The notes under the pieces are model-generated. The model was not told the origin of the DNA and did not search any database. It saw only the letters and a program-made list of their open reading frames with translations. This document shows positions 31,831 to 46,741 of a stretch of 64,000 nt of DNA, piece by piece. A program made the position numbers and the translations under genes. Origin of the DNA: Escherichia coli O127:H6 str. E2348/69 (GTDB taxonomy: Bacteria > Pseudomonadota > Gammaproteobacteria > Enterobacterales > Enterobacteriaceae); NCBI RefSeq assembly GCF_000026545.1, contig NC_011601.1, one strand, 5' to 3'. The stretch's first letter is position 1. The number at the start of each line of letters is the position of its first letter.

Positions 31831-32929
31831 TCATAACCCTGCTTTCAAACTTGCTTCGATAAATTGATCCAGGCTGCCGTCCAGCACGGCCTGCGTGTTG
31901 CGGGTTTCTACCCCGGTACGCAGATCTTTAATGCGGGAGTCATCAAGGACATAAGAACGAATCTGGCTGCCCCAGCCGATGTCGGATTTGTTATCTTCCA
32001 TCGCCTGTTTCTCGGCATTTTTCTTCTGCATCTCCAGTTCATAAAGCTTCGCTTTCATCTGCTTCATGGCCTGGTCTTTGTTCTTGTGCTGGGAACGGTC
32101 GTTCTGGCACTGAGTCACGATCCCGGTCGGGATGTGAGTAATACGCACCGCAGATTCGGTACGGTTAACGTGCTGACCGCCCGCGCCGGATGCGCGATAA
32201 ACGTCGATGCGCAGATCCGCCGGATTGATTTCGATATCGATATCATCATCAACTTCCGGGTAAACAAACGCGGAGCTGAACGACGTGTGGCGACGACCGC
32301 CGGAGTCAAACGGGCTCTTACGCACCAGGCGGTGAACGCCGGTTTCTGTACGCAGCCAGCCATAAGCGTAATCGCCGGAGATTTTGATCGTCACGGATTT
32401 AATACCCGCCACTTCACCTTCCGACTCTTCGATGATTTCAGTTTTGAAACCACGCGATTCAGCCCAGCGCAGATACATACGCTCAAGCATGCTCGCCCAG
32501 TCCTGTGCTTCCGTACCGCCAGACCCCGCCTGAATATCGAGGTAGCAGTCGGCGCTGTCATATTCGCCAGAGAACATACGGCGGAACTCAAGCTGCGCCA
32601 GTTTTTCTTCCAGGGCGTCGAGTTCAGCAACGGCTTCGTTAAAGGTTTCTTCGTCGTCAGCTTCTACAGCCAGTTCCAGCAGACCAGAAACATCTTCCAG
32701 CCCCTGTTTCATTTGGTCGAGGGTGTCGACAACGGCTTCGAGGGAGGAACGCTCTTTACCCAGCGCCTGTGCACGTTCGGGTTCGTTCCAGACATCCGGC
32801 TGTTCCAGCTCGGCGTTTACTTCTTCCAGACGCTCTTTCTTGGCGTCATAGTCAAAGATACCCCCTAAGAACGTCGGAGCGTTCCGTGAGGTCCTGAATG
32901 CGATTATTTACCGGATTAATTTCAAACAT
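31831..32929 (-). CDS. prfB: peptide chain release factor 2, with programmed +1 ribosomal frameshift
   Basis: Minus strand reads ATG...CTT AGG GGG TAT CTT TGA C (classic RF2 shift site near 32852-32857); downstream frame is the 293-aa ORF with GGQ motif. Confidence 0.92.
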
Positions 32930-33019
32930 GGTCTGATTTCTTTTATTGAGCTAGTCAAAATGCGGTGATAAGAGCGGGATTGTACCCAATCCACGCTCTT
33001 TTTTATAGAGAAGATGACG

Positions 33020-34753
33020 CTAAATTGGCCAGATATTGTCGATGATAATTTGCAGGCTGCGGTTGCCGCGAAACTCGTTGATATCGAGCTTGTAAGCCAG
33101 TTGCACTTCGCGCACACCGTTATCCGGCCAGAGGGCGGTATCGACATTAAAAGCAATCCCGTCCAGCAGCGGACCGCCGCCGACCGGTTCGACCATCACC
33201 TTCAAATGACGCTCGCCCACCAGCCGCTGTTGCAACAGACGGAAATGACCGTCAAACAACGGTTCCGGGAACATTTGTCCCCACGGGCCAGCATCACGCA
33301 ACAGCTGCGCCACTTCCATGGTCATCTCTGCCGCACTTAATGGGCCGTCTGATACCACTTCCCCTTGCAATAAAGAAGGATCTAACCACTCGGTAACCAG
33401 TTCGCCAAAGCGTTGCTGAAAGAGTTCGAATTTATCCTCTTCCAGCGACAATCCTGCCGCCATCGCATGGCCGCCAAACTTGAGCATCATGCCGGGGTAA
33501 AGCGTGTCTAGCCGCTCCAGCGCATCGCGCATATGCAGCCCCTGAATGGAGCGACCGGAACCTTTCAGCGTACCGTCGCCCGCAGGCGCAAAGGCGATAA
33601 CCGGACGGTGAAAACGCTCTTTGATACGCGATGCCAGAATGCCAACAACGCCCTGATGCCATTCAGGGTGATACATTGCCAGCCCACCTGGCAGCGTGTC
33701 GCGGCTACGTTCCAGCTTCTCGCACAGAGTGAGCGCTTCAACCTGCATTCCCTGTTCGATCTCTTTACGTGTTTGGTTTAGTGCATCGAGTTCATTCGCC
33801 AGCACACGCGCTTCGCCAATGTTGTCACACAACAACAGCGCCACGCCAACGGACATATCGTCCAGTCGCCCGGCAGCATTGAGACGTGGCCCCAGCGCAA
33901 AACCTAAATCGCTGGCGGCGAGTTTTTGTGGATCGCGATTGGCCACTTCCAGCAGCGCTTTAATCCCCGGACGGCACTTTCCGGCACGGATGCGACTCAT
34001 CCCCTGCCAGGTCAGAATGCGATTATTAGCGTCCAGCGGCACGACGTCCGCCACTGTCCCCAACGCGACCAGATCCAGCAGTTCTGCCAGATTAGGAATT
34101 GCGATGCCGCGCTCATCAAACCAGCCCTGATCGCGCAAAAAGGTGCGCAGCGCCAGCATCAGATAAAACGCCACACCCACGCCTGCCAGTGATTTCGACG
34201 GGAAATTACAGTCGCGCAAGTTAGGGTTAATGATCGCTTCCGCTGCGGGTAATGTGTCGCCTGGCAAATGGTGATCGGTAACAATAACCGGAATGCCCAA
34301 CGAACGAGCGTGTTCAACCCCCGCATGGGAGGAAATACCGTTATCCACCGTGACAATTAACTGCGCGCCACGGGCATGAGCCTGATCGACTACTTCCGGG
34401 CTTAAGCCGTAACCGTCTTCGAAACGGTTTGGAACCAGGTAGTCGATATTGCTGCAACCAAGCGAGCGCATCGCCAGCACGCTTAGAGCCGTGCTGGTGG
34501 CACCGTCGGCGTCGAAATCACCGACCACAATAATCCGCGTTCCTTCGCGAAAAGCGTTGTAAAGGATCTCAACGGCCTTTTCGACGCCGCTCAGTTGCTG
34601 CCAGGGCAGCATGCCTTTAACACTGCGTTCCAGTTCCTGCGCGCTACGCACACCCCGGCTGGCATATAAACGGCGCAGCAAGGGAGGCAATTCAGCGGGC
34701 AAGTCGGCCGTTTCATCGACTTCACGGCGACGAAGTTGTATCTGTTGTTTCAC
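33020..34753 (-). CDS. recJ: single-stranded-DNA-specific exonuclease RecJ
   Basis: 577-aa ORF; DHH phosphoesterase motifs. Confidence 0.93.
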   Translation of the reverse strand: MKQQIQLRRREVDETADLPAELPPLLRRLYASRGVRSAQELERSVKGMLPWQQLSGVEKAVEILYNAFREGTRIIVVGDFDADGATSTALSVLAMRSLGCSNIDYLVPNRFEDGYGLSPEVVDQAHARGAQLIVTVDNGISSHAGVEHARSLGIPVIVTDHHLPGDTLPAAEAIINPNLRDCNFPSKSLAGVGVAFYLMLALRTFLRDQGWFDERGIAIPNLAELLDLVALGTVADVVPLDANNRILTWQGMSRIRAGKCRPGIKALLEVANRDPQKLAASDLGFALGPRLNAAGRLDDMSVGVALLLCDNIGEARVLANELDALNQTRKEIEQGMQVEALTLCEKLERSRDTLPGGLAMYHPEWHQGVVGILASRIKERFHRPVIAFAPAGDGTLKGSGRSIQGLHMRDALERLDTLYPGMMLKFGGHAMAAGLSLEEDKFELFQQRFGELVTEWLDPSLLQGEVVSDGPLSAAEMTMEVAQLLRDAGPWGQMFPEPLFDGHFRLLQQRLVGERHLKVMVEPVGGGPLLDGIAFNVDTALWPDNGVREVQLAYKLDINEFRGNRSLQIIIDNIWPI

Positions 34754-34758
34754 GCGAA

Positions 34759-35469
34759 TTATTTACCGCTGGTCATTTTTTGGTGTTCGTCGAGGAATTC
34801 TTTCATGTCTTTCGGCGGCTGGTAACCTGGAACAAGTGTGCCATTGCTCAGCACAACTGCCGGAGTACCGCTAACGCCAAGCTGGACGCCAAGTGCGTAA
34901 TGGTCGGCAATATCCACGTCGCAGCTGGCTGGTGCGACGCTTTTACCTGCCATCACATCATCAAAGGCTTTGTTTTTATCTTTCGCGCACCAGATAGCTT
35001 TCATTTCTTTCTCTGCATCGCTGTCCAGCCCCTGGCGCGGGAAAGCAAGATAACGCACGGTGATCCCCAGCGCGTTATAGTCTGCCATTTGCTCATGCAG
35101 TTTGTGGCAGTAACCACAGGTAATATCAGTAAACACGGTGATGACGTGTTTTTCCTGCGGCGCTTTATAAACGATCATCTCTTTTTCAAGCGCATTCAAC
35201 TGCTTTAACAGCATCTTATTGGTGACATTGACCGGAGCCGTGCCACTAACGTCATACATTGGCCCCTGAATGATATGTTTACCATCATCGGTGATGTACA
35301 ACACACCGCTGTTAGTCAGAACTGTCTTCATGCCAGCTACGGGCGCGGGCTGAATATCGCTGCTTTTGATGCCCATTTTGGCTAACGTTTGTTGAATTGC
35401 CGCGTCATCAGCCTGAGCAAAGCCTGAAAACGCCGCTAACAAAGTAAACAACATAAAACCTTTCTTCAT
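34759..35469 (-). CDS. dsbC: thiol:disulfide interchange protein DsbC
   Basis: 236-aa ORF with signal peptide and CGYC active site. Confidence 0.93.
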   Translation of the reverse strand: MKKGFMLFTLLAAFSGFAQADDAAIQQTLAKMGIKSSDIQPAPVAGMKTVLTNSGVLYITDDGKHIIQGPMYDVSGTAPVNVTNKMLLKQLNALEKEMIVYKAPQEKHVITVFTDITCGYCHKLHEQMADYNALGITVRYLAFPRQGLDSDAEKEMKAIWCAKDKNKAFDDVMAGKSVAPASCDVDIADHYALGVQLGVSGTPAVVLSNGTLVPGYQPPKDMKEFLDEHQKMTSGK

Positions 35470-35493
35470 AAATCTTCCCGTTCTTTTCAGACA

Positions 35494-36390
35494 TCACGCC
35501 CGCGGGTGATGCTGTTGATGAAGTTGCCGCAGACGCTCGGTAGCGACATGCGTATAAATTTGCGTGGTGGAGAGATCACTGTGGCCCAGTAGCATCTGCA
35601 CCACGCGTAAATCCGCACCATGATTTAATAAGTGAGTGGCAAAAGCGTGACGCAACACATGCGGTGACAGCTTTTCGCTGTCGATACCCGCCAGCACGGC
35701 ATAATGTTTAATGCGGTGCCAGAAGGTCTGTCGCGTCATCTGCTGCGCACGCTGGCTGGGAAACAACACGTCAATTGACACACCATTCAACAGCCACGGA
35801 CGCCCATGTTCCAGATAGGTTTCCAGCCAGTAAACCGCCTCTTCACCTAACGGCACCAGGCGCTCTTTGTTGCCTTTACCAATGACCCGCACTACGCCCT
35901 GACGCAGGCTGATATCACTCATTGTCAGCCCGACCAGTTCAGAGACACGCAGTCCGGTAGCATACAACACTTCAAGCATGGCTTTATCGCGTAGCTCCAG
36001 TGGCTGATCAATTAATGGTGCCTGTAATAAACGTTCGACCTGCGCTTCGCTTAAATCTTTTGGCAAACGCTGGGGCAATTTCGGTGAAGCGAGATGCGCA
36101 CTGGGATCATCTTCACGAAACTTTTCGCGATAAAGATACTGGAACAATCGGCGCACTGCACTCAGCAAACGCGCTGAGCTGGTGGCTTTATACCCGCCCT
36201 CCAGCCGTTCTGCCAGTAATGCCTGCAAATCGTCACTTTGCGCCGTCGCCAGCGTCAACCCGCGGTGATGCAACCACTCCACCATCATTGACAGATCGCG
36301 ACGGTAAGCGTTCAACGTATTTTCAGCCAGATTTTTTTCCAGCCACAGAGCATCAAGAAACTGCTCGATGCGTGCCAGATCCTGTTTCAC
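35494..36390 (-). CDS. xerD: site-specific tyrosine recombinase XerD
   Basis: 298-aa ORF; C-terminal R..HxxR..Y catalytic residues. Confidence 0.93.
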   Translation of the reverse strand: MKQDLARIEQFLDALWLEKNLAENTLNAYRRDLSMMVEWLHHRGLTLATAQSDDLQALLAERLEGGYKATSSARLLSAVRRLFQYLYREKFREDDPSAHLASPKLPQRLPKDLSEAQVERLLQAPLIDQPLELRDKAMLEVLYATGLRVSELVGLTMSDISLRQGVVRVIGKGNKERLVPLGEEAVYWLETYLEHGRPWLLNGVSIDVLFPSQRAQQMTRQTFWHRIKHYAVLAGIDSEKLSPHVLRHAFATHLLNHGADLRVVQMLLGHSDLSTTQIYTHVATERLRQLHQQHHPRA

Positions 36391-36501
36391 TTGCGCCCCT
36401 TATGGTCACTCATTTGATCCATTATGCCTTATTGTGCCGTGACTAAAGCGATTCTGATACACTAGCCGCAAAAGCCACAGCAGAATCGAGAAGCTTACGT
36501 T

Positions 36502-37023
36502 ATGAATATGGGTCTTTTTTACGGTTCCAGCACCTGTTACACCGAAATGGCGGCAGAAAAAATCCGCGATATTATCGGCCCAGAACTGGTAACCTTACAT
36601 AACCTCAAGGACGACTCCCCGAAATTAATGGAGCAGTACGATGTGCTCATTCTGGGTATCCCGACCTGGGATTTTGGCGAAATCCAGGAAGACTGGGAAG
36701 CCGTCTGGGATCAGCTCGACGACCTGAACCTCGAAGGTAAAATTGTTGCGCTGTATGGGCTTGGCGATCAACTGGGATACGGCGAGTGGTTCCTCGATGC
36801 GCTCGGTATGCTGCATGACAAACTCTCGACCAAAGGCGTGAAGTTCGTCGGCTACTGGCCAACGGAAGGATATGAATTTACCAGCCCGAAACCGGTGATT
36901 GCTGACGGGCAACTGTTCGTGGGTCTGGCGCTGGATGAAACTAACCAGTATGACCTTAGCGACGAGCGTATTCAGAGCTGGTGCGAGCAAATCCTCAACG
37001 AAATGGCAGAGCATTACGCCTGA
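36502..37023 (+). CDS. fldB: flavodoxin 2
   Basis: 173-aa [24 protein letters not shown]. Confidence 0.92.
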
Positions 37024-37062
37024 TGTCACTGACGGCTTAGCACATATGCTTTGCCGTCATCT

Positions 37063-37729
<667 letters not shown>

Positions 37730-37959
37730 TCACGAAAATCCAGTACCCGGCTATTGTAACGTGTTTTTCGACTTCTTTTACGGGAATATCAGTAAACACA
37801 ATCGCGATCGCGAAATTAATTCACAACAATTCAAGGGCTTCATTTTTTTGGAAGTCGCCTCGCAGAAGGCACAGATCGCGTAGTGAAAGCACTTGCATTG
37901 CCTCATAGCTCTTTTACCATTAGTTATTAATACGCCGTTAAGCAACTCAGGACTCTATT

Positions 37960-38940
37960 ATGGCTTTTACACCTTTTCCTCCCCGTCAGCCTACGGCTTC
38001 TGCCCGTTTGCCACTGACGCTGATGACGCTTGATGACTGGGCGCTTGCCACTATTACTGGCGCGGACAGCGAAAAATATATGCAAGGCCAGGTGACAGCA
38101 GATGTCAGCCAGATGACTGAAGATCAGCACCTGCTCGCCGCCCATTGCGACGCCAAAGGTAAAATGTGGAGCAATTTACGTCTGTTCCGCGACGGCGATG
38201 GCTTTGCATGGATTGAACGGCGCAGCGTGCGTGAACCGCAGCTGACTGAACTGAAAAAATATGCGGTGTTCTCTAAAGTGACCATCGCGCCAGACGACGA
38301 GCGTGTGCTGCTTGGTGTTGCCGGTTTTCAGGCGCGCGCCGCGTTGGCAAATCTCTTTAGTGAACTACCTTCGAGAGAAAAACAGGTAGTCAAAGAAGGC
38401 GCGACCACGTTGCTATGGTTTGAACACCCGGCAGAACGTTTCCTGATCGTAATCGATGAAGCTACTGCCAATATGCTGACCGATAAACTGCGCGGTGAAG
38501 CGGAACTGAACAATAGCCAACAGTGGCTGGCATTAAACATTGAAGCGGGTTTTCCGGTGATTGATGCCGCCAACAGCGGGCAGTTTATCCCCCAGGCGAC
38601 CAACCTCCAGGCGCTGGGCGGTATCAGCTTTAAGAAAGGCTGCTATACCGGACAAGAGATGGTGGCGCGAGCAAAATTCCGTGGTGCCAACAAACGCGCG
38701 CTCTGGTTGCTGAAGGGTAGCGCCAGCCGACTGCCGGAAGCTGGTGAAGACTTAGAGCTGAAAATGGGCGAGAACTGGCGTCGTACCGGTACGGTGCTGG
38801 CTGCGGTCAAACTGGAAGATGGTCAGGTTGTGGTGCAGGTTGTCATGAATAACGATATGGAACCGGACAGCATCTTCCGCGTGCGTGACGATGCGAATAC
38901 ATTGCGTATCGAGCCACTGCCATATTCGCTGGAAGAGTAA
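37960..38940 (+). CDS. ygfZ: tRNA-modifying folate-binding protein YgfZ
   Basis: 326-aa [30 protein letters not shown]. Confidence 0.9.
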   Translation: MAFTPFPPRQPTASARLPLTLMTLDDWALATITGADSEKYMQGQVTADVSQMTEDQHLLAAHCDAKGKMWSNLRLFRDGDGFAWIERRSVREPQLTELKKYAVFSKVTIAPDDERVLLGVAGFQARAALANLFSELPSREKQVVKEGATTLLWFEHPAERFLIVIDEATANMLTDKLRGEAELNNSQQWLALNIEAGFPVIDAANSGQFIPQATNLQALGGISFKKGCYTGQEMVARAKFRGANKRALWLLKGSASRLPEAGEDLELKMGENWRRTGTVLAAVKLEDGQVVVQVVMNNDMEPDSIFRVRDDANTLRIEPLPYSLEE

Positions 38941-38949
38941 ATCTCTGTA

Positions 38950-38982
38950 TCGCATCAGGCATTTATCGCCTGATGCGACACT
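38950..38982. repeat. REP-like palindrome (gcctgatgcgac type) between ygfZ and trhA
   Basis: Inverted repeat tcgcatcaggc...gcctgatgcga. Confidence 0.45.
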
Positions 38983-39016
38983 GGTGTGTCTTTTCGGGCC
39001 TACAAAGGCACGCCAA

Positions 39017-39679
<663 letters not shown>

Positions 39680-39839
39680 TTACTCCGGAAAAACGTACAC
39701 GCACATGTATACCTCTCCAGCGTAACTGAGAATAGTTCCAGTGAACACCTGTTAGCTAAAATAAATTCTGATTTGAGATTAATCTCCGAAAAATCATGAA
39801 ATTAAATGCGAAATTTCAACTAACAGGCGTGAGTTCAAT

Positions 39840-40151
39840 TTAAAGGCATTTAAATTCAATCACATAAAACTGTGTCTGGTCGGGATAGATGTCGGCAATG
39901 ACCTTTTTCAGTTCAGTCAGGGTCATATTTTCCTGCTTTGCATGTTTTTCCGTCAGCGTATCCAGTGTTACGGTTGAGGTTGCGGTGACTTCAATCGTGC
40001 AAAAATAACCGTCATCTTCAAACCGTCCGACACGAAGCACATCACCCGTTTTGAAGTGCGATTCAGACTCGTCGCGGATGGTGATGGTTTTACGCCCAGC
40101 CAGAATGTCATCCTGGAAACGTTGAAAAAAAGTGATGTCGTTTGGCTGCAT
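39840..40151 (-). CDS. yqfB: ASCH-domain protein YqfB
   Basis: 103-aa [30 protein letters not shown]. Confidence 0.88.
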   Translation of the reverse strand: MQPNDITFFQRFQDDILAGRKTITIRDESESHFKTGDVLRVGRFEDDGYFCTIEVTATSTVTLDTLTEKHAKQENMTLTELKKVIADIYPDQTQFYVIEFKCL

Positions 40152-40168
40152 GGTAATATTTCCTGTAA

Positions 40169-41629
<1,461 letters not shown>

Positions 41630-41749
41630 TTAGCCGATGTGCCTGATGTGCTCCGCTCATCAGGCCTGGCACTCTTTTAATATATTGAGCTCGCAATATT
41701 TTATATTACGCCTCAGCCGACACACACAAAGCGCACTTTATTAACAAGC

Positions 41750-41771
41750 GAAAAAGGCGCCGAAGCGCCTT
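41750..41771 (-). terminator. rho-independent terminator of gcvTHP operon
   Basis: ggcgc-ttcg-gcgcc hairpin followed by T5 on minus strand. Confidence 0.6.
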
Positions 41772-41794
41772 TATAAGATAGTCGAATCAGTAAA

Positions 41795-44668
41795 TTACTG
41801 GTATTCGCTAATCGGTACGCAGGAGCAGAACAGGTTACGGTCGCCGTAAACATCATCCAGACGTTTCACGGTCGGCCAGTATTTGTCTGCCACACCTGCC
41901 GGGAATACTGCAACTTCACGGCTGTACGGATGCGCCCACTCGGCGACCAGTTCGCTTTGAATGTGCGGCGCATTCACCAGCGGGTTATCTTCCAGCGGCC
42001 AGACACCGGCTTTCACCTGGTCAATTTCTGCGCGGATAGCCAGCATCGCATCGATAAAGCGATCCAGTTCCACTTTGCTTTCAGATTCAGTCGGTTCAAC
42101 CATCAGCGTACCCGCCACCGGGAACGACATGGTCGGCGCGTGGAAACCGTAGTCGATCAGGCGCTTGGCAATATCCAGCTCGCTGATGCCGGTTTCTTCT
42201 TTCAGCGGGCGAATATCGAGAATACATTCGTGCGCCACGCGACCGTCGCGACCGGTATACAGCACCGGGAAGGCATCCTGCAGACGGCTGGCAATATAGT
42301 TGGCGTTAAGAATTGCCACCTGGCTTGCTTTTTTCAGCCCTTCTGCGCCCATCATGCGGATGTACATCCAGCTGATTGGCAGGATAGAGGCACTACCGAA
42401 CGGTGCCGCAGAAACCGCGCCCTGACGGGTTAACATGCCTTCGATTTGCACCACGCTATGACCCGGTACAAACGGAGCCAGATGCGCTTTCACACCGATC
42501 GGTCCCATACCCGGACCACCACCGCCATGCGGAATGCAGAAAGTTTTATGCAGGTTAAGGTGGGAAACGTCCGCACCAATAAAGCCCGGCGAGGTGATGC
42601 CAACCTGAGCGTTCATGTTCGCGCCATCAAGGTAAACCTGACCGCCGAACTGATGCACGACTTCACACACTTCACGGATCGTTTCTTCATACACGCCGTG
42701 GGTAGAAGGATAGGTCACCATGATACAGGAGAGGTTATCGCCCGCCTGTTCCGCTTTCGCGCGCAGATCAGTCAGATCGATGTTGCCATTTTTATCACAC
42801 GCCACAACCACCACCTGCATTCCTGCCATATGCGCGGAAGCCGGGTTAGTGCCGTGCGCAGAAGCCGGGATCAGGCAGATATCGCGATGCCCTTCGTTGC
42901 GGCTTTCATGATAATGACGAATCGCCAGCAGGCCCGCGTATTCGCCCTGTGCGCCAGAGTTCGGCTGCATACAAACGGCGTCGTAACCGGTCAGTTTCAC
43001 CAGCCAGTCAGCCAGCTGCGCGATCATCTGCTGATAACCTTCAGCCTGTTCTGGCGGGCAGAACGGGTGCAGTTCGGCAAATTCCGGCCAGGTGATCGGG
43101 ATCATCTCGGCGGCGGCGTTCAGTTTCATGGTGCAGGAACCCAGCGGGATCATCGCCTGATTCAGCGCCAGATCTTTACGCTCCAGCGAGTGCATATAGC
43201 GCATCATTTCGGTTTCGCTGTGGTAGCGATTAAACACCGGATGGGTGAGGATTTCGTCGTCGCGCAGCATCGCAGCCTGAATAGAGCGACTGTCGTGAGC
43301 CACGTCTTTGTCCAGTGTGTCGATGTCCAGCCCGTGGTTATCGCCCAACAGCACGCTGAAAAGCTGCATCACGTTTTCGCGCGTGGTTGTTTCATCAAGG
43401 GTGATCCCAACCGCGTTCAGAATATCGCTACGCAGGTTGATTTCAGCCGCTTCGGCACGCGCCAGCACGCCCGCTTTGTCGGCCACTTCCACACACAAAG
43501 TATCGAAATAGTGCGCATGGCGCAGCTTCAGACCTTTTTGTTGCAGGCCCGCCGCCAGGATATCGGTCAGACGGTGGATGCGGTTAGCGATACGTTTCAG
43601 GCCAACCGGACCGTGATAAACGGCATACAGGCTGGCAATGTTTGCCAGCAGTACCTGGGAAGTACAAATGTTGGAGTTCGCTTTCTCACGACGAATATGT
43701 TGCTCGCGAGTCTGCATCGCCATGCGCAGAGCGGTGTTGCCAGCTGCATCTTTCGATACACCGATAATACGGCCCGGCATTGAGCGTTTGTATTCATCTT
43801 TCGCCGCAAAGAATGCCGCGTGTGGGCCACCATAGCCCATCGGCACGCCGAAGCGTTGCGCCGAACCAAAAACAATATCCGCGCCCTGTTTACCTGGCGC
43901 AGTTAACAGCACCAGCGCCATAATATCGGCGGCAACGCTGACCACAATTTTGCGTGATTTCAGTTCGCTAATAAGCGCAGTGTAGTCGTGAATTTCACCA
44001 GTAGTGCCGACCTGCTGTAACAGCACGCCGAAGACGTCCTGATGGTCGAGCACTTTTTGCGCGTCATCGACAATCACTTCAAAACCAAAGGTTTCGGCAC
44101 GAGTACGGACCACATCCAGCGTTTGCGGATGAACGTCAGAAGCAACAAAGAAGCGGTTGGCATTTTTCAGTTTGCTGACGCGTTTCGCCATCGCCATTGC
44201 TTCGGCGGCAGCGGTGGCTTCGTCAAGAAGAGAAGCAGAGGCCATATCCAGCCCGGTTAAATCCAGCGTTACCTGCTGGAAGTTGAGCAGTGCTTCAAGG
44301 CGGCCCTGGGAGACTTCAGGTTGATACGGAGTATACGCGGTATACCAGCCCGGATTTTCCAGCATGTTACGCAGGATAACCGGCGGTAGCTGCACGGCGG
44401 TGTAACCCATGCCGATGTAAGACGTGAAGCGTTTATTGCGACTGGCAATAGCCTTGAGTTCTGCCAGTGCGGCGTATTCGGTCGCCGGTGCGCCAACCTG
44501 CGGTGGTGTCGCAAGCTGAATATCTTTCGGCACAATCTGGCCGGTCAGCGCGTTTAACGATTGTGCACCAACGGCATTCAGCATTTCTTGCTGTTGCGCG
44601 GCGTCCGGTCCGATATGGCGTTCAATAAAAGCGCCGCTGTTTTCAAGCTGGCTTAACGTCTGTGTCAT
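41795..44668 (-). CDS. gcvP: glycine dehydrogenase (decarboxylating), P protein
   Basis: 957-aa [24 protein letters not shown]. Confidence 0.95.
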   Translation of the reverse strand: MTQTLSQLENSGAFIERHIGPDAAQQQEMLNAVGAQSLNALTGQIVPKDIQLATPPQVGAPATEYAALAELKAIASRNKRFTSYIGMGYTAVQLPPVILRNMLENPGWYTAYTPYQPEVSQGRLEALLNFQQVTLDLTGLDMASASLLDEATAAAEAMAMAKRVSKLKNANRFFVASDVHPQTLDVVRTRAETFGFEVIVDDAQKVLDHQDVFGVLLQQVGTTGEIHDYTALISELKSRKIVVSVAADIMALVLLTAPGKQGADIVFGSAQRFGVPMGYGGPHAAFFAAKDEYKRSMPGRIIGVSKDAAGNTALRMAMQTREQHIRREKANSNICTSQVLLANIASLYAVYHGPVGLKRIANRIHRLTDILAAGLQQKGLKLRHAHYFDTLCVEVADKAGVLARAEAAEINLRSDILNAVGITLDETTTRENVMQLFSVLLGDNHGLDIDTLDKDVAHDSRSIQAAMLRDDEILTHPVFNRYHSETEMMRYMHSLERKDLALNQAMIPLGSCTMKLNAAAEMIPITWPEFAELHPFCPPEQAEGYQQMIAQLADWLVKLTGYDAVCMQPNSGAQGEYAGLLAIRHYHESRNEGHRDICLIPASAHGTNPASAHMAGMQVVVVACDKNGNIDLTDLRAKAEQAGDNLSCIMVTYPSTHGVYEETIREVCEVVHQFGGQVYLDGANMNAQVGITSPGFIGADVSHLNLHKTFCIPHGGGGPGMGPIGVKAHLAPFVPGHSVVQIEGMLTRQGAVSAAPFGSASILPISWMYIRMMGAEGLKKASQVAILNANYIASRLQDAFPVLYTGRDGRVAHECILDIRPLKEETGISELDIAKRLIDYGFHAPTMSFPVAGTLMVEPTESESKVELDRFIDAMLAIRAEIDQVKAGVWPLEDNPLVNAPHIQSELVAEWAHPYSREVAVFPAGVADKYWPTVKRLDDVYGDRNLFCSCVPISEYQ

Positions 44669-44786
44669 GAGCGATGGTTCCTGAAACGTGCAGTGAATTG
44701 TGAACCTCTCTCCTTACGAAGAGAGTGAGGGTGAGACGTAAATGTTCCTCACCCTGATCCTCTCCCGCAGAAGAGGAATAAAGCCG

Positions 44787-45176
44787 TTACTCGTCTTCTA
44801 ACAATGCTTCGTATGCGGTTGCATCCAGCAGTGATTCCAGTTCGCTTTCATCGCTGGCTTTGATTTTGAAAATCCAGCCGCCTGCATACGGTTCGCTGTT
44901 CACCAGTTCCGGGGAATCGCTCAGTGCATCGTTTACCGCCACGATTTCACCGCTTACTGGCGCATAAATGTCTGACGCCGCTTTTACCGATTCGGCAACC
45001 GCGCAGTCATCGCCCGCGCTAACCGTTGCGCCCACTTCCGGTAGGTCAACAAACACCATATCGCCTAACAGCTCCTGAGCGTGTTCGGTGATGCCAACGG
45101 TGTAAGTGCCGTAGGCTTCTTTACGCAGCCATTCGTGTTCTTTGCTGTATTTCAGTTCTGCTGGTACGTTGCTCAT
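44787..45176 (-). CDS. gcvH: glycine cleavage system H protein (lipoyl carrier)
   Basis: 129 aa from [16 protein letters not shown]. Confidence 0.95.
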   Translation of the reverse strand: MSNVPAELKYSKEHEWLRKEAYGTYTVGITEHAQELLGDMVFVDLPEVGATVSAGDDCAVAESVKAASDIYAPVSGEIVAVNDALSDSPELVNSEPYAGGWIFKIKASDESELESLLDATAYEALLEDE

Positions 45177-45199
45177 CAATCAATCTCCAAAAAAGTAAA

Positions 45200-46294
45200 T
45201 CACGCGACGGCTTTGCCGTTACGCACAAAAACAGGTTTCGTCACTTTAACCGGCATTTCACGGTTGCGAATTTGCACAATCGCCGTTTCACCAATACCTT
45301 CCGGCACGCGCGCCAGCGCAATGCTATAACCCAGCGTTGGGGAGAAAGTACCGCTGGTGATAATGCCTTCATGCTGGTTGCCCTGCGCATCAGTAAAACG
45401 TACCGGCAGTTCATTACGCAGCACGCCTTTTTCGGTCATCACCAGACCAACCAGTTTTTCTGTGCCATGTTCACGCTGCGCTTCCAGAGCTTCACGACCG
45501 ATAAAGTCACGATCTGCCGGTTCCCAGGCGATAGTCCAGCCCATATTGGCGGCTAAAGGAGAAATAGTTTCGTCCATCTCCTGGCTATACAAATTCATGC
45601 CCGCTTCCAGACGCAGCGTGTCACGCGCGCCCAAGCCACATGGCTTAACGCCAGCTTCCACCAGCGCGCGCCAGAAATCGGCCGCTTTTTCATTGGGCAG
45701 CGCAATTTCGTAGCCCGCTTCACCGGTGTAACCGGTGGTTGCAATAAACAGATCGCCCGCCTGCACGCCAAAGAACGGTTTCATCCCTTCCACCGCCTGA
45801 CGCTGGGCGTCATTAAACAGTGTGGCAGCTTTTGCCTGCGCATTCGGCCCTTGTACGGCGATCATGGAAAGGTCATCACGAACAGTAATTTCGATGCCGA
45901 AAGGTTCAGCGTGTTGGGTAATCCAGGAGAGGTCTTTTTCGCGGGTGGCGGAGTTAACAACGAGGCGGAAGAAATCTTCAGTAAAGTAGTAGACGATGAG
46001 ATCATCTATCACACCGCCAGAGGCATTCAACATCCCCGAGTAAAGGGCTTTGCCGCTTTTGGTGAGCTTCGCCACATCGTTCGCCAGCAGATAACGTAGA
46101 AACTCCCGGGTGCGGCTGCCGCGAAGATCGACGATGGTCATATGTGACACATCAAACATTCCGGCATCGGTACGTACCGCATGATGTTCGTCGATTTGCG
46201 AACCGTAATGCAGCGGCATCATCCAGCCGTGGAAATCCACCATGCGAGCGCCGCAAAGCGTGTGTTGTTCGTACAAAGGAGTCTGTTGTGCCAT
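45200..46294 (-). CDS. gcvT: aminomethyltransferase, T protein
   Basis: 364 aa from [14 protein letters not shown]-track extension to 46417 uses a GTG. Confidence 0.93.
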
Positions 46295-46741
46295 CTTGTC
46301 CTCATTGAATAAGCGGGGCTGACAACTTTTCCATGGCGAAATTATCACCACGAAACCCAGCATCGGAGCCACTCCCGGTCCCCAACGCAATCGTTCTCTT
46401 TTGCCTGAACTTACCACCGAAACAGACTGTTAACCATAAGGTAAAATTGATCATCACATTAGCTTATGGTTAAAAAATGCAAAAATCGCAACAGAATAAA
46501 AAACCAAAAAACACTCCTTTTTCTATAAAAAGATGATGTAATGAGAAAGTTAATTTGAATAAGACAATATTAAGCGCTAAAAAAATGTCAAAAAACACTA
46601 AATCAAAAACCCATAACATTAGAAAATATAATGCGAAAACGGAGGTTAAATTAGTTTATTTCAAATGAGGAAAATCCCCCGGCGAAAAAACCGGGAGATG
46701 AAAGTGTGATGGGTATCAAATAAACAGCAGAAGAGAAATAT
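46295..46741 (-). promoter_or_regulatory. AT-rich gcvTHP promoter and upstream regulatory region
   Basis: 447-bp AT-rich intergenic region upstream of gcvT; known site of GcvA/Lrp/PurR control in E. coli, individual sites not resolved here. Confidence 0.4.

Noticed and set aside
30421-31836. 471-aa ORF on the plus strand, coextensive with lysS
   Set aside because: Antisense to a highly conserved housekeeping gene; a long stop-free antisense frame is a common artefact of codon bias; no recognisable protein motifs.
31864-32868. 334-aa plus-strand ORF overlapping prfB
   Set aside because: Antisense shadow ORF; the real gene is prfB on the minus strand with its frameshift.
32940-33010. Hairpin plus T-run on the plus strand between recJ and prfB
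   Set aside because: Oriented for plus-strand termination, but both flanking genes are on the minus strand; possibly an antisense-transcription insulator but unsupported, so not called.
42446-43783. 445-aa plus-strand ORF inside gcvP
   Set aside because: Antisense shadow ORF of gcvP; starts with non-ATG codons in the track; low-complexity R/H/V-rich translation.
44669-44786. Palindromic segments in the gcvH-gcvP spacer
   Set aside because: Several short inverted repeats, but no clear REP/ERIC consensus or terminator geometry; likely mRNA structure within the operon.
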